Shown here piece by piece: positions 9,789 to 21,700 of a DNA stretch of 64,000 bases. A program made the translations under genes and the position numbers. The stretch is from the NCBI GenBank assembly GCA_049322255.1, contig JBMORE010000144.1, positions 1 to 64,000 of the forward strand. Direction: 5' to 3'. The notes below the pieces were generated by a model. The model was not told where the DNA came from, searched no databases, and saw only the letters and a program-made list of their open reading frames with translations. This DNA comes from Myxococcota bacterium (GTDB lineage: Bacteria > Myxococcota > Myxococcia > Myxococcales > Myxococcaceae). Position 1 is the stretch's first letter. Each line of letters begins with the position of its first letter.

Positions 9789-10592
9789 TCAAAAACGCAT
9801 CAAGACGCCGGCGCCATCGAGCGAGGGCACCAGGACCACCGAGACATCCTTCTTCGGCTCCTCACCGCCTTTGGGCCAGAACACCACGGTGGCGACGGCC
9901 GCGGCCAGGCCCACTCCAAAACCGATGTCCGCGAGGAGGGCCGAGCTCTGGGTGCGCTGCTGCGACTGTTGCTTCTGCGCCACCGTGCTCGCCTCGGTGA
10001 AGCGCCGCTTCTCTGCTTGCGCCTGTAAGCCAAAGAAGATTCCGGCACCCGCGCCCGCCGCCGCGACACCGCTGCTGACGAAGGCCAAGGTGCGCCCCCG
10101 GCTTTTCGCCTGCGCCTTCGCCTCTGCTTCCGCGCGCTGCTTGGCTTCGTATTCTTCGCGTTGCTTCTTCGCTGCCTCCGCCTCGGCGCGTGCCTTCTCC
10201 TCCAGCCGTTTTCGCTCCGCTTCCTGGGCGGTGCGGACCGCCTCTTCTTTGGCGATCAGCGAGCGCAGCCGGTCGAGAGCGAGGTTGGCCCTCTTTAACA
10301 GCGAAGGCTCGGTCTCCTCCGGGGCGGCGACGTAGCGCTGGTAGTACTCGACGGCTGCCTTGAGGTCTCCCGCCTGGTCGTACGCGCGGGCGATGTTGTA
10401 GAGGAGCTGCGGGTGCGGGTCGAGCGTGTTGGCCTCCTCGAGCTTGGCGGCGGCCTCGCGGTATGAGCCGCCGGTGTAGAGCTTCTCTGCTTCCTTCACC
10501 AAGGCCGCGGCCTTTTTGGACTTGGGTGAGGTGGCGGCGAAAGACGGTGCTGCGAGCAACACACCGACACAAAGGAGGAGGGTGTTTCGCAT
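9789..10592 (-). CDS. Exported tetratricopeptide-repeat protein with coiled coil and C-terminal hydrophobic segments
   Basis: Signal peptide, TPR motif LLYNIARAYDQAGDLKAAVEYYQRY, E/K/A-rich coil, two hydrophobic segments. Confidence 0.8.
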   Translation of the reverse strand: MRNTLLLCVGVLLAAPSFAATSPKSKKAAALVKEAEKLYTGGSYREAAAKLEEANTLDPHPQLLYNIARAYDQAGDLKAAVEYYQRYVAAPEETEPSLLKRANLALDRLRSLIAKEEAVRTAQEAERKRLEEKARAEAEAAKKQREEYEAKQRAEAEAKAQAKSRGRTLAFVSSGVAAAGAGAGIFFGLQAQAEKRRFTEASTVAQKQQSQQRTQSSALLADIGFGVGLAAAVATVVFWPKGGEEPKKDVSVVLVPSLDGAGVLMRF

Positions 10593-10614
10593 GAGGGGAA
10601 GAGTAGCGCGGGTT

Positions 10615-11406
10615 TCAGCGCGGGGACAGCTCGGCGGCGAGCAGGTCTGGCCGGTCGGTGATGAGGCCGTCGACGCCGATGGAGAGAAGCTCGCGCATCT
10701 TTTTCGGCTCGTTCACCGTCCAGACAAACACCGGGCAGCCGAGGCGGTGCGCGGCTTGGACGAGCTGCACGTCCACCAGACGTTTCCCCTCGTGGAAGTG
10801 CGGCAGCTCGAAGACGTGGTAGCGAGGATCGGCGAAGGAAGAGCCGCTGTGCATCCCCGCGATGAAGGCGGCGACCGAGTCGTGGGGGAAGAAGCGGCAG
10901 GCCTCGGGTAGAAGCTCCGCCACGTGCGCGGCCACGCCGTCGAGCTCGCTGCCCACCAACACCCGCTCCACCGCGTGCGTCTTGCGCAATACCCTGGCCA
11001 GCTCCTCGGCCGCCTCGGGGTACTCGGGTTTGACCTCGATGTTCAGCGGAACCTCGGGCAGCGCGTCGAGCACCTCATCGAGGCGAGGAATGCGCACGCC
11101 CTTGCCACGAAACGGGAAGGTCGCCCCACGGTCGATGGTGAAGCGGTGGCCGGCATCCAGCTTGGAAAGCTCAGCGTAGGAGAAGCACACCACCGGCCCT
11201 TCGCCGTCGGTGCAGCGCTCGACGGTGGCGTCGTGAGTCACCACCAATACTCCGTCGCGGGAGAGGTGCACATCGAGCTCGAGTGCGTGCGCTCGATGGA
11301 GACGTACCTCCGCCTCGAAGGCGACGAGGGTATTCTCCGGGTAGAGCCCGGCCCCGCCGCGATGGGCGATGTTCGCGGGCCGCGGCAGCCGGTCGAGGAA
11401 ACCCAC
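10615..11406 (-). CDS. Glycerophosphodiester phosphodiesterase
   Basis: IAHRGG, PENTL, ELDVHLSRDG, THD, NIEVK, WTVN, GVDGLITDRP. GTG start overlaps the pckG stop. Confidence 0.92.
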   Translation of the reverse strand: MGFLDRLPRPANIAHRGGAGLYPENTLVAFEAEVRLHRAHALELDVHLSRDGVLVVTHDATVERCTDGEGPVVCFSYAELSKLDAGHRFTIDRGATFPFRGKGVRIPRLDEVLDALPEVPLNIEVKPEYPEAAEELARVLRKTHAVERVLVGSELDGVAAHVAELLPEACRFFPHDSVAAFIAGMHSGSSFADPRYHVFELPHFHEGKRLVDVQLVQAAHRLGCPVFVWTVNEPKKMRELLSIGVDGLITDRPDLLAAELSPR

Positions 11407-13154
11407 TACAGGCGGGAGAGGAGGAGCTGGCGCTGCAACTCCAGCGTGCGAGGGAGCTTGTCCCCGAACTGTTTGAAGAACTCGCCGATCGACTCCAGCT
11501 CCGTCTTCCACTCGCCGATGTCGATATGGGTGGCGGCGTCGACGCGCTCAGGGGGAATATCGAGACCGGAGAGGTCGATGTGGCCCTCCTTGGGCACCCA
11601 GCCCAGCCGCGTCTCCTGCGCGCCCACCGAGCCGTGCGCGCGGTCGATGATCCACTTGAGCACGCGCATGTTCTCGCCGTAGCCCGGCCAGAGAAATTTC
11701 CCCTCCTTGTCCTTGCGGAACCAGTTCACCACGAAGATTTTCGGCGGGTAGGGGATGTGCTGCTGCATGTGGAGCCAGTGCTGCATGTACTCGCCCATGT
11801 GGTAGCCGCAGAAGGGCAACATCGCCATCGGGTCACGGCGGATGACGCCCACTTTTCCGGTGGCGGCGGCGGTGGTCTCGGAACCCAAGGTCGCGCCCAA
11901 GAACACCCCGTGCCCCCAGTTGAACGACTGCATCACCAGGGGCACCGTGTCCGAACGGCGGCCGCCGAAGATGATGGCGGAGATGGGCACCCCTTCGGGG
12001 TCGTTGACGTGCTTGGAGAGCACCGGGTTGTTGGTCATCGGGGAGGTGAAGCGGCTGTTGGGGTGAGCCGCTTTCTCCGCCGAGCCCTTCTTCCACGGGC
12101 GCCCCTGCCAATCGATGAGCTCCTCGGGAACCTCGCCGTCCATCCCCTCCCACCACACCGAGCCGTCCTTGGTGAGGGCGACGTTGGTGAAGATGGTGTC
12201 GCGGCTGATGGTCTTCATCGCGTTGGCGTTGGAGGAGAAGTTGGTGCCCGGAGCCACCCCGAAGTAGCCGGCCTCGGGGTTGATCGCCCACAGGCGCCCG
12301 TCCTCGCCCACCCGCATCCAGGCGATGTCGTCGCCCACCGTCCACACTTTCCAGCCGGCGAAGCGCTTGGGCGGAATCAGCATCGCGAAGTTGGTCTTGC
12401 CGCAGGCCGAAGGGAAGGCCGCCGCCACGTAGGTCATTCGCCCCTCTGGGTTCTCCACTCCGAGGATGAGCATGTGCTCGGCGAGCCATTCCTCCTTCTT
12501 CCCTAAGTAGCTGCCGATGCGCAGCGCCAGACACTTCTTGCCCAAGAGCGCGTTGCCCCCGTAGCCCGAGCCGTAGGACCAGATGGTGTTGTCCTCGGGG
12601 AAGTGACAGATGTAGCGCTTGTTGGGGTCGAGCTCGCCAGTGCAGTGCAGCCCGCGGTTGAAGTCGTCGGAGTCCCCGAGCATCTCCAGCGCCGGCTTTC
12701 CCATGCGGGTCATGATCCGCATGTTCAGCGCCACGTAGATGCTGTCGGTGAGCTCGATGCCCACCTTGGCGTGCTCCGAGCCCAAGGGCCCCATCACGTA
12801 CGGCACCACGTACAGGGTGCGGCCCTTCATCGAGCCGGCGAAGAGCTTGCCCAGCTTGGCGTAAGCCTCTTCGGGCGCCATCCAGTTGTTGGTGGGGCCG
12901 GCGGCTTCCTTGGTCTTGGAGCAGATGAAGGTGAGGTGCTCCACCCGCGCCACGTCGTTGGGGTTGGAGCGGTGCAGATAGCTGCCGGGGTGCTTGGAGG
13001 GGTTCAAGGGATTGAGAATGCCCTTGGCCACCGCTTCTTCGGTGAGGCGGCGCTTCTCTTCTTCGGAGCCGTCGAGCCAGACCACCCGGTCGGGTTGGCA
13101 CAGCTTGGCCATCTCACTCACCCAGCCGGTGAGGTGAGGGTTCTGCGAAGCCAT
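11406..13154 (-). CDS. pckG: Phosphoenolpyruvate carboxykinase (GTP)
   Basis: [70 protein letters not shown]. Start at ATG 13154. Confidence 0.97.
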   Translation of the reverse strand: MASQNPHLTGWVSEMAKLCQPDRVVWLDGSEEEKRRLTEEAVAKGILNPLNPSKHPGSYLHRSNPNDVARVEHLTFICSKTKEAAGPTNNWMAPEEAYAKLGKLFAGSMKGRTLYVVPYVMGPLGSEHAKVGIELTDSIYVALNMRIMTRMGKPALEMLGDSDDFNRGLHCTGELDPNKRYICHFPEDNTIWSYGSGYGGNALLGKKCLALRIGSYLGKKEEWLAEHMLILGVENPEGRMTYVAAAFPSACGKTNFAMLIPPKRFAGWKVWTVGDDIAWMRVGEDGRLWAINPEAGYFGVAPGTNFSSNANAMKTISRDTIFTNVALTKDGSVWWEGMDGEVPEELIDWQGRPWKKGSAEKAAHPNSRFTSPMTNNPVLSKHVNDPEGVPISAIIFGGRRSDTVPLVMQSFNWGHGVFLGATLGSETTAAATGKVGVIRRDPMAMLPFCGYHMGEYMQHWLHMQQHIPYPPKIFVVNWFRKDKEGKFLWPGYGENMRVLKWIIDRAHGSVGAQETRLGWVPKEGHIDLSGLDIPPERVDAATHIDIGEWKTELESIGEFFKQFGDKLPRTLELQRQLLLSRL

Positions 13155-13284
13155 CGAAGTGCTCCTTTCGACGAGCGAAAAGGGCAATCTACGTAGCTTG
13201 GTCGGCTGCCACCACGTCGGTTTTTGTCGGCGCGCCCGCTGGTGGACAGGTGGGCTCATCCCTTCCATCAGCGCGGGTGGGCTT

Positions 13285-13491
13285 TCAGTGAGGCCGAACT
13301 GCCGCGAGGAAGTCTCGAATGCGCCCCAAATCGAGCGTCGCCGCATGTACCCGGGCCCAGTCGATGTCCTCGTACCCGTGGAGGATGGCGTTTCTCATTC
13401 CCCCTGCCTCGGCCATCCGTTGCGCGAGCGCCGAGGAAATGACTCCGTGGTCGGCCAGCAATCTTCGCATGGCTCGAGCCGCTTTTATCAA
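13285..13491 (-). pseudogene. C-terminal remnant of a HepT/DUF86-like HEPN ribonuclease toxin
   Basis: [35 protein letters not shown] contains the RNxxxHxY motif. Only ~68 codons, with an in-frame stop just upstream and no intact nucleotidyltransferase partner. Confidence 0.65.
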
Positions 13492-13572
13492 GTCACAAAA
13501 GCCGCGGTGTCAGTGCCCGACCGGCCCGAGCCGTCGGAGCTCAACGTCACCTCGTCCCCCGGCCGCGCCTGG

Positions 13573-14739
13573 TTAGTCTGCCGGGCGGCGAAGGCCGGCG
13601 AGCTCCTCCGAGCGGGCAAGAATCGGCGCCAGCTCGGCGCGCTCGCGCTCCACGAAGCGCCGCACCGCCGCCTCCAACTGAGGGTGGAAGATACGGTGCG
13701 CGCTGTGAATGGGAGTGGGCTGGAAACCCCGCGAGACTTTGTGCTCTCCGCCCGCGCCTGGTTCGAACACTTGGCGCCCCAGCCGGATGCAGTCGTCGAT
13801 GGAGTGGTACAGGCACACGTGGAAGTGGAGGAAGGGGTGCTCTTCGAAGGCGCCCCAGTACCGGCCGTACAGCCGCTGCGCGGTGGCGAGATTGAACGCG
13901 CCCGCCACCACCTGGCCCGCGCGCTCGGCGAGCACCAGCTCGATGGCCTGCGGCAGCGAAGCGAAGACGCGCGTGAAGAAGCCCCGGTTGAGCTGAACGC
14001 GCCCCCAGGCGTACTTGCTGCAGGTCGACTCGTAGAAGCGGTAGGCCAGCTCGGCATGGGCGTGGGTGAGCTCCGAGCCACGCACGGTGCGCAAGGTAAG
14101 GCCCTGCTCACTCGCCGCACGCCGCTCGCGCCGAAGCTGGTGGCGGCGCTTGGCGTCGAAGCGCGCCAGGAAATCGTCGTAGGTGCGGTAACCGGGGTTG
14201 CGCCAGTGGTACTGCATACCCGTGCGGCGGGCGAGGCCGAGCTCTTCGAGCGCGGCCGCCTCCTCGGCAGTGGGAAAGATGACGTGGACTGACGAGCAGC
14301 TCGTTTCCTCCGCGGAAGCAAGCGCACCGGCGAGGAGCTCTTTGCGTACCACCTCGAGCGACTCTCCCGGTGCGGCGTGAAAACGCGGCGCGGTGAGCGG
14401 GCTCAAGGCCGGCCCCACCAAGAGCTTGGGGTAGTAGCGCACGCCCATCGCCTCGGCGGCGTTGGCCCAGGAGAAGTCGTACACGTACTCGCCCATGCTG
14501 TGGTGCTTGCGGTAGGCGGGCGCGAGGCCGACGAGGGCGCTGCCTCGCCACAGGGTGAGGTGGTGCGGCTCCCAGCCCGTCTGGAGCGAGGCACTGCCCG
14601 ACGCTTCGAGCGCCAAGAGCCACTCGTGGCGCAGCACCGGCACCGCGGTCTCTCCCACCAGCGCGTTCCACGCCGACGCTTCCACCTCCCTCACCGAGGT
14701 GAGCACCCGAAAGCGCGTCGCTGCGGCTTCGGCTCGCAT
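13573..14739 (-). CDS. GNAT/FemAB-like protein (DUF482 type)
   Basis: HSMGEYVYDFSWA, YYPKL, QYHWRNPGY, LYGRYWG, LHFHVCLY, FEPGAGGEHKVSRGF. Confidence 0.9.
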   Translation of the reverse strand: MRAEAAATRFRVLTSVREVEASAWNALVGETAVPVLRHEWLLALEASGSASLQTGWEPHHLTLWRGSALVGLAPAYRKHHSMGEYVYDFSWANAAEAMGVRYYPKLLVGPALSPLTAPRFHAAPGESLEVVRKELLAGALASAEETSCSSVHVIFPTAEEAAALEELGLARRTGMQYHWRNPGYRTYDDFLARFDAKRRHQLRRERRAASEQGLTLRTVRGSELTHAHAELAYRFYESTCSKYAWGRVQLNRGFFTRVFASLPQAIELVLAERAGQVVAGAFNLATAQRLYGRYWGAFEEHPFLHFHVCLYHSIDDCIRLGRQVFEPGAGGEHKVSRGFQPTPIHSAHRIFHPQLEAAVRRFVERERAELAPILARSEELAGLRRPAD

Positions 14740-14767
14740 GGGCTCCCAAGGCGCTTTCGCAAAAAGG

Positions 14768-15716
14768 CTACGCCGCCGTCCTTAGGCGCAAGAGAGCACG
14801 GGCGAGCAGCAAAAGAAGACCGATGCCCACCCAGGGCCCCCTCCCCGCAGCGCCGCAGCCGCAGGAGGTGTCGAAGGCCAGCTCGCTGGGACAAGCGACT
14901 TCGACCGAGAAAGTCTGCACGTCCACCCCCGCAGGACTGCGCACCTCGAGCGAGACGTCGTGCACGCCCCGATGGGAGGGAAGCACCGGCCAGCTCACGC
15001 TTCCGGTAGAGGGGTCGATGAAGAAGCCCTCGGGAGCGGTCTTCGCGGTCCAGGTGAACGGGCCGTCGCCTCGGGCGCGTGCGGCCCCCGCGTCGTCATA
15101 CGCGTAGGTGGCGCCACAGGCCGCCGAGCCCAAGGGAGTGGAGACGATGCGCGGGGGGACGCCCGAGGGCGACAGCGCGGTGACGACGACTTGGTCGCGG
15201 CACGACAGGCCGGCGGCGTCTTGGACTTCGAGCGTCACCGGGTGGCGGCCGGGCTCGTCGAAGCGCCGCTGGACGATGCGCTCGGTGCGCTCCTCGGAGG
15301 GGCCGAACACCCAGCGGATGGAGCCGACGGCGCGCGAGCCGGGCGCGGTGTGCGCGGTGAGAACGGTATCGAGCGGCGCGGCGCCAGCGGGAGGGTCGGC
15401 GGCGGCGAGGCACTCCGGCGGCTCCTGGTCGCCGTCGGTCACCACCACCTCTATTTTGTCCCACGCCGCCAGCCCGTGGGCGTTCACCACTTCGAGCGCG
15501 AGGTGGTGCCGGCCCGGGCCGAGGTTCACGGTGGTGGTGGGCCCCGAGGCAGTCGAGCCGTCGCCGAAGTCCCACCGGTAGGCGACGAGGGGGGCGGACT
15601 CAGAGGCACACTCGCAAGAAAGGTCGACGGACAAACTTCCACGGCCGCGCGTGGCCGAGGCGATGATGCGGGCGGTGGGAGGCGCTTGCCCCCCGGCGTT
15701 GGTCACCGCGAGCAGC
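14768..15716 (-). CDS. C-terminal part of the giant surface protein (two PKD domains, Ig/He_PIG-like domain, MYXO-CTERM-like tail), out of frame with the main ORF
   Basis: YRWDFGDGS and IRWVFG PKD motifs; tail SCGCGAAGRGPWVGIGLLLLLARALLRLR. No credible start of its own; protein-like sequence begins right after the G17 tract. Confidence 0.75.
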
Positions 15717-18700
15717 GGGGGGGGGGGGGGGGGCCCGCCCCGAGGGTGTCGAAGGCGGTGAGCACGGTACGGTAACCTCCCGCGAGAAGGAAGCGGCGAG
15801 AGGTGGCGACGCCTTCGCCGGGTGAGCTGCCGTCGCCGAAACGCCAATGGAAGAGCAAGGGAAGCGCGCTGGGGTCACCCTTCGACGCCGAAGCGTCGTA
15901 GGCCACCGTCAGCGCCGCTGGGCCGGTGGTGGGAGTGGCGGTGAAGGCAGCGACCACCGGGCTGGGCGCCGCGCCGGAGGCGACATCGACGGCGAGCTCG
16001 TAACGGTCCTCCCCCTCGGGGTTCGACACCCGCACGCACAGCGCGGTGCTCCCCGGAGCGGCGGGCGTCCAGCGAACCGCGCCCGAAGCCGCGTCGACTT
16101 GGAAGCCAGCGGGTCCGCCGCAACGCTCGTAGAGGAGGGGAGGCGTCCCCACGGCGCGTACGCTTCCGCTCGCGTTGTAGCGGTAGGGGACGTTCACCGC
16201 GGCGCGGAGGTTGGCGTCTTCGAGGATGACCGGCCCGGGCGCGGGGGCCACCACGATGCCCGACTGGGTGCCGCGCACCGCCGCGTTTCCCACCACGACG
16301 ACGGTGACGTCGAAGGTGCCCGGTGAGCCGAAGGAGAGCGCGGCCGTAAACAGGTGCAGCCCGGCGTCGGCGGGGGTGAAGGCGAAGCTGGGGGGAAGCA
16401 CCGCGGTGGCATCGGTCGATTGGAACTGCACCGTGCCGGTAAAGCCGGTGACCCGGTTGCCCGCCGTGTCCACCACCTCCACGGTGACGTCGTGGGGTGC
16501 TCCCACCTGGGTGGGGGAGGTGATGCCGCTCACCCGTAGCGCCGCCGCCGGTCCGGGGTCGACCTGAATGCCCACTTGCTTTCCGGTGACGGAGGCGTTG
16601 GCGAGGTCGGTGGCTTCGAGCTCGTGCACCCCGACGGTGTTCAAGGTGGCAAAGAAACCGCGCGTGCCCATGTCGGCGGCGGTGAAGGAGTAGTCGGGCG
16701 GTCGCTGCGCCGCGGAATCCGTCGAGAAAAAGCGCACCGTGCCCTGGTACGAGGTCGCCACGTTTCCGAAGGCGTCATGGGCGGTGACGGTGAAGGCACC
16801 GGCCACCCCGCGGGCGATGGGAGAGGGGAAGCCAGCCACCCTCAGCACCGCCGCCGCGCCCGGGTCGATGCGGGCGACTTGAGTGGCGGAGGTCAGGTTG
16901 GTGGCCGAGGCGGTGAGGGTGGGGGCTCCCGCGGTCGTGTCGCGGTAGTACACCGGGGAAGCTTGCGCCTGGCCGGCCGGCACCGTCGTCGAAGGGGTGG
17001 CGGTCTGGCAGTTGACGTCGGTGAAGAAGCCGCCGTTGGCGGAGGTGGTGGAGAGAGAAATGGGGGTGCTCGTTCCCACCGCGGCGCTCTGCCCGAGCGT
17101 GTTTCTCACCTCGAGCTGAATGGGCCCAGAGCAGGCTCCTGCCGAAAGCTGTGGCGCCGCGGAGAGGAAGACCAAGCTGGAAGCAGGCGCAGGGGTGATG
17201 GTCTGCACCTGAACCGCGCTGCTCGCCGCGAAGCTGGGGGCGACGGTGAGGGAGGGGTTGCCGGGAGTCACGTCGCGGAAGCGGAAGCTCGCCGTGGCCA
17301 CGCTGCCGTCGAGCAGCACGCTGGGCGCCAGCGCCAGGGCGCAGGTGGCGTCGCTGGCGGCGAAGAAGCCTAAGGTGGCGGAGGAGGCGCTCAAGGTGAG
17401 TGTTCCCGCCGTGGGGCTGGGGTTGCCCAGCGCGTCCCGTACCTCCACGGTGGCCACCGCCGAGCAATCACCGGCCTGCACCGTCTGCGCCACGGTGGTG
17501 AAGACGACGGCGGCCGCCGGGCCGGGGCCGACGTCGAACGGGCCGCTGGTCTCGCTGGCAAGTCCGGTGGAGGAGGCGACCAAGGTGTAGCCGTTGCCGG
17601 TGCGGTTCAAAGAAGCGGCGGCGAAGCTCGCGATGCCAGCGACGGCTGCTTGGGGACCTCCGCCGCTGAGCGTCGCTCCGGTGGGGTTGTTGCCCAGCGT
17701 CAGGGTGATGCTCGCCGTCGAGCTGTCGACCCGGTTGCCCACGGCGTCGCGCACCTCGACTTGCAGAGGCGACAGCGGAGCGCCCGCGGTTCCGCTAGCG
17801 GGCGAGGCGGTGAAGGCGAGCACCGCCGCAGGCCCGGGGACGATGGTCTGTACTTGGTCGATGGAGGTGAAGCCGGGCGCGCTCACGGTGATGGTCGGCG
17901 TGCCCAGCCGGGTGTCGCGGAAGTAGAAGGTGACCGCGTCGGCGCCTGCGCCGATGGTGGCGGAGGTGGTGGTGCTGGTGCAGCCCGAGTCCGCATAGAA
18001 GGTGTTGCCGGTGGAGCTGCTCGCCAGCCCCAAAAGGAGCGCCTGCGCGACGGTGGTGGGTGAGTCGCTCGGGTCTCTCACGGCGACGCTGATGGACGTG
18101 CACACGCCCGCCCCCGCCGTCCGCGGCGGCGAGGTGAAGACCAGGGCCGTGGGGCCCCAGACGATGTTGCCGGGGGTTTGCCCGCCGAAGTCGAGGTCGA
18201 ACGGCTCCCCCGCCAGCGGCCCCGAGGCGAATTCGAAGCGCAAGGGCGAGGGGTTGAGCGAGCCGTTCACGCTCACCGCTCCGTTCACCCCTGACTCGTT
18301 GAGGAATTGGCAGTTGGTGCTGGCGGAGGGAAGGGCGGTGGCTCCCAAGGTGAGCAGGGCCCCGGCGGCAGGCGGGCGATGAAAGGTCCCGTCGTCGAGC
18401 TGGAGCACCTGGCACCCGGCGGCGAGGTTCAAGCCCTGCGCGTTGGCGTAGTCGATATCGAAGTACTGACCGCGGAAGCTCCCGGTGACGGTGAGGGCGT
18501 AGCGGCCTGGGGTCACCACGTCGGTGGAGGTGACCGACGACGGCGAAGCGCTCGTTCCCAAAAGCTCCAAGAGCCCGCGGATCGTCAAGGAGGTGTTGCC
18601 GGAGAGCGCGAGGCGGGCTCCTGGCTCGATGTCCAGGGTGGTGCCGGCGCTCGACGAGGAGGAGAAGGCCGACACGTTGTCAATCGCCAGGGTCTTTCCG

Positions 18701-21700
18701 CCTGCCACGCGCAGTGTGCCCGCGGCGAGGTTGAGCGCGCCTCCCACTTGAAAGGTGTTGGTGGCGTTCGAGGGCTGGAGTGTCTTGGTTCCCCCGCCGG
18801 AAATCGACAGGTGGCCGACGCCGTCGGTGCCCGACTCCAAGCGCACCTCGTCGACGTAGACATAGTTGCCTATCTGGCCGGTGAAGCTGTGGAAGCGGAA
18901 CTGAAAGTTGGGGTTGTTGTCCACCGCCGGGTCGAGCGCCGAGAGGTTGATGGAATCGGTGACGTAGGTGAATTGGCCGGCGATGGACTGGGCCCGCTTC
19001 CAAGTCGCTCCCCCGTTGGTGCTGTATTCGGCGTCGAACCCGTAGGTTCCAGCGGCGGTGCTGGTCGCCCGCCCGTAGGAGAGGAAAATGCCGTACCTCC
19101 CCGAGGTGCTGACGGCCTTGGTGATCCAGTTGTCCAGCCACTGGTCTCCGGCCGCGAGATTGGCCACGCGGGAGCCGACCCCGGGCGGGGTGTTGACCAC
19201 CTGGGAGTCGGGAGGAGTGCTTCCCGCGGTGCGCACCCAGCCGCCGGTGGTGAAGTTGCCCGATTCGAAGCCGTCGTAGAACACCGCTGCGCGGAAGGCC
19301 GACTGGCGATACCCGCCGCCGCCTGAAACCGTGGTCGCGCCCGAGCCGGTGAGGGCCAGGGTCGCGGTGCCGACGTCGATGGCGCCGCTGTTGGACAGGT
19401 TGCCCGCGACGGTGAGGGAGCTGCCCCGCGCATGGAAAGCTCCGCCGTTGGAGAGGTCTCCATTGACGGTGACCGTGTTGTCGCCGCTGCGGAAGGTACC
19501 GGCGTTGTTCACGCTGGCAGCGGTGAGGGTGCCTATGTCCCCCAAGAAGGTGCCGCCGTTGACCAGCGGCCCCACCGTGACCGAGCCGGTGCCCGCGTAG
19601 AAGGTGCCGCCGTTGGTGAAGGTGCCCCCCACGTAGAAATTGCCGCCCGGCCCACGGTCGAGAATGCCGGCGTTGGTGACGTTCCCGTTCGCCGATAGGC
19701 CGGCGCCGCCCAGAGCCAGTTGGTTCACCGCCGTGGAGAGGTCGAGGTTTCCGCCGAGCTGTAGCTGCGCATAGGAGGCGACCTGCGCCTGGTCGCTCAG
19801 CCTCAGGTGGTTGAAGCCCAGCTGCCCTTCGTCGGCGGTGACCAGCACGTCGTCGATGTAGACGCCTTCGTAGGGAGAGAAGTCGTTGCAGTTGTCCCAC
19901 CCCACGGCAAAACGGATGAGGACACTGGCGTTGCCGACGTATGGCGTCAGGTCGACCGACTCTTGCACCCAGGCGGGTTGCTCCCCGGCGAACAGGCCGC
20001 CCGGGGCGGGGGTGACTGTGTTGCCGGTATGGCTGCCGGTGCCTGAGCAGAGGCCGGAGAGGAGCTTGGGGGCGCTTGGCGCGACGCTGGTGGAGCTAGG
20101 AGCGATGGAGGTCCACGTGGCGCCGTTGTTGGTGCTGACCTCCACCACGTAGCCATCGGCGGCTTCCGGGCCCACCCCATCTGCCAAATTGATGCGGAAA
20201 CGGTGCTTCCAGCGAAGCGTGGCCGTGCTCCTGCCCACGAGGCTGAAGGGACTGAGCGGGGTCAGGCGCGCCACCCCGGCGGACGTCTGGTTCCCCTGCT
20301 GGTAGTAGGCTTGGCTGGGTGAAACGGAGTACTTGGACTGCACCGTCCAGGGAAACGCCGCGCCGGTGGTCGTGGAGCTCCACGGGGGAGAGGGCGATTC
20401 GAAGTCGTCAGCGAGGACTCGGCCGCGGCTGAGCACCGTTCTTCTTCCCGGCGCGGGGTTGTTGAATTCGACCGTCCCCGTTCCCGCGTTGAACGTGCCG
20501 CCGCCCTGAAAAAAGTGACCTCCCACGTACAGGGTGCCGCTGCCCATGGTGAGCGTGCCCGACTCCACCGAGATGTCCTGGGCGACCGTGAGTGAATTGC
20601 CCAGCGTCGACAGCTGTCCGCCGGTGAGCTGAAGGGCGTGCACCGAGGCGCTCGCGTCGAGGTTGCACGGAGGCGTCGAGCTGGGGACGACCACCAGCGA
20701 GGACGGGGTGGGGACTCCCGCCGGAGTCCAATTCGCCGCCGCCGACCACGACGAAGAGGCGGAGCCGTTCCACGTCTTGAGGGTGGTGACGGTGAAGCGT
20801 GCCGCGGGGCTGGAGGCCGAGGTCCCTCCCGAGGTCGTCGCCAGGACGTCGTAGACACCGGCGGCCAAAGAGCCGGGGATGGCAATCTGCACCTCCGAGG
20901 CGCTGACGTAGCTGACCGTCACCACGGTGGAAGCGCCGCCACCCACCGGAGTGAGGGCCACGGTGGTGCCCGCCTGCCCGCGAAAGCCGGTGCCCCGCAC
21001 GAGGGCGTTGACGCTGCTCCCTGCGCTCGCCGACGAAGGAGAAACGCGCGTCACCGTGGGAGCGCCGGTGGTGAAGTCGACGTACAGCTCCGGCTCGTTG
21101 GGGTCGAACATCCCGTGGGGAACCGCGTAGCGATTGTTCGAGTAGCTGGGAACGTGCATGCCCAAAAAAAAGCTGCCTCGGGACAAGGCGTTCTGAAGGT
21201 CGGCAACACCGGTGGCTCCGAGGCTCGTTCCACTCTGGGTGAGGGGGTTGCCGCCGTTGATCCAACAGCCGCAATTGAGGGTCTGACCGGTGATGGTGGC
21301 GTAGTCGGGCTGCGCCAGATGCACCCCGTCGGCGAAGAGCGCCCCCGCCTCGGTGGTCTGTGGGTCCACCGTGAGGCGGGCGAGGTGGATGTCGTAGCTT
21401 CCGCCGCTCCCCGAAGCGGCGAAGAAGACGTTGAGGGCGACGGAGGTGACGGTGGTCGAAGGCGGGAGCGCCCTCACGTCGAATTTCAGCGCCAGCTGGG
21501 AGTACTCGCCTCCAATCCGTCCCAGTGAAAGCGCGTTGGGGCCGGCCACCAGCGAGCCGGGTCCGGTGGGGCCGCTACCGACCACCTGCGCCGAATACGA
21601 GCTCAAGACCGTCGCTGGTGGGTCGACCGCCACCGGGTACTGCCGCTCAGGAGCCAAAAGCCAGGCTTCGTCCACCTCGACCGCCAGCACTCCGGTGGCC

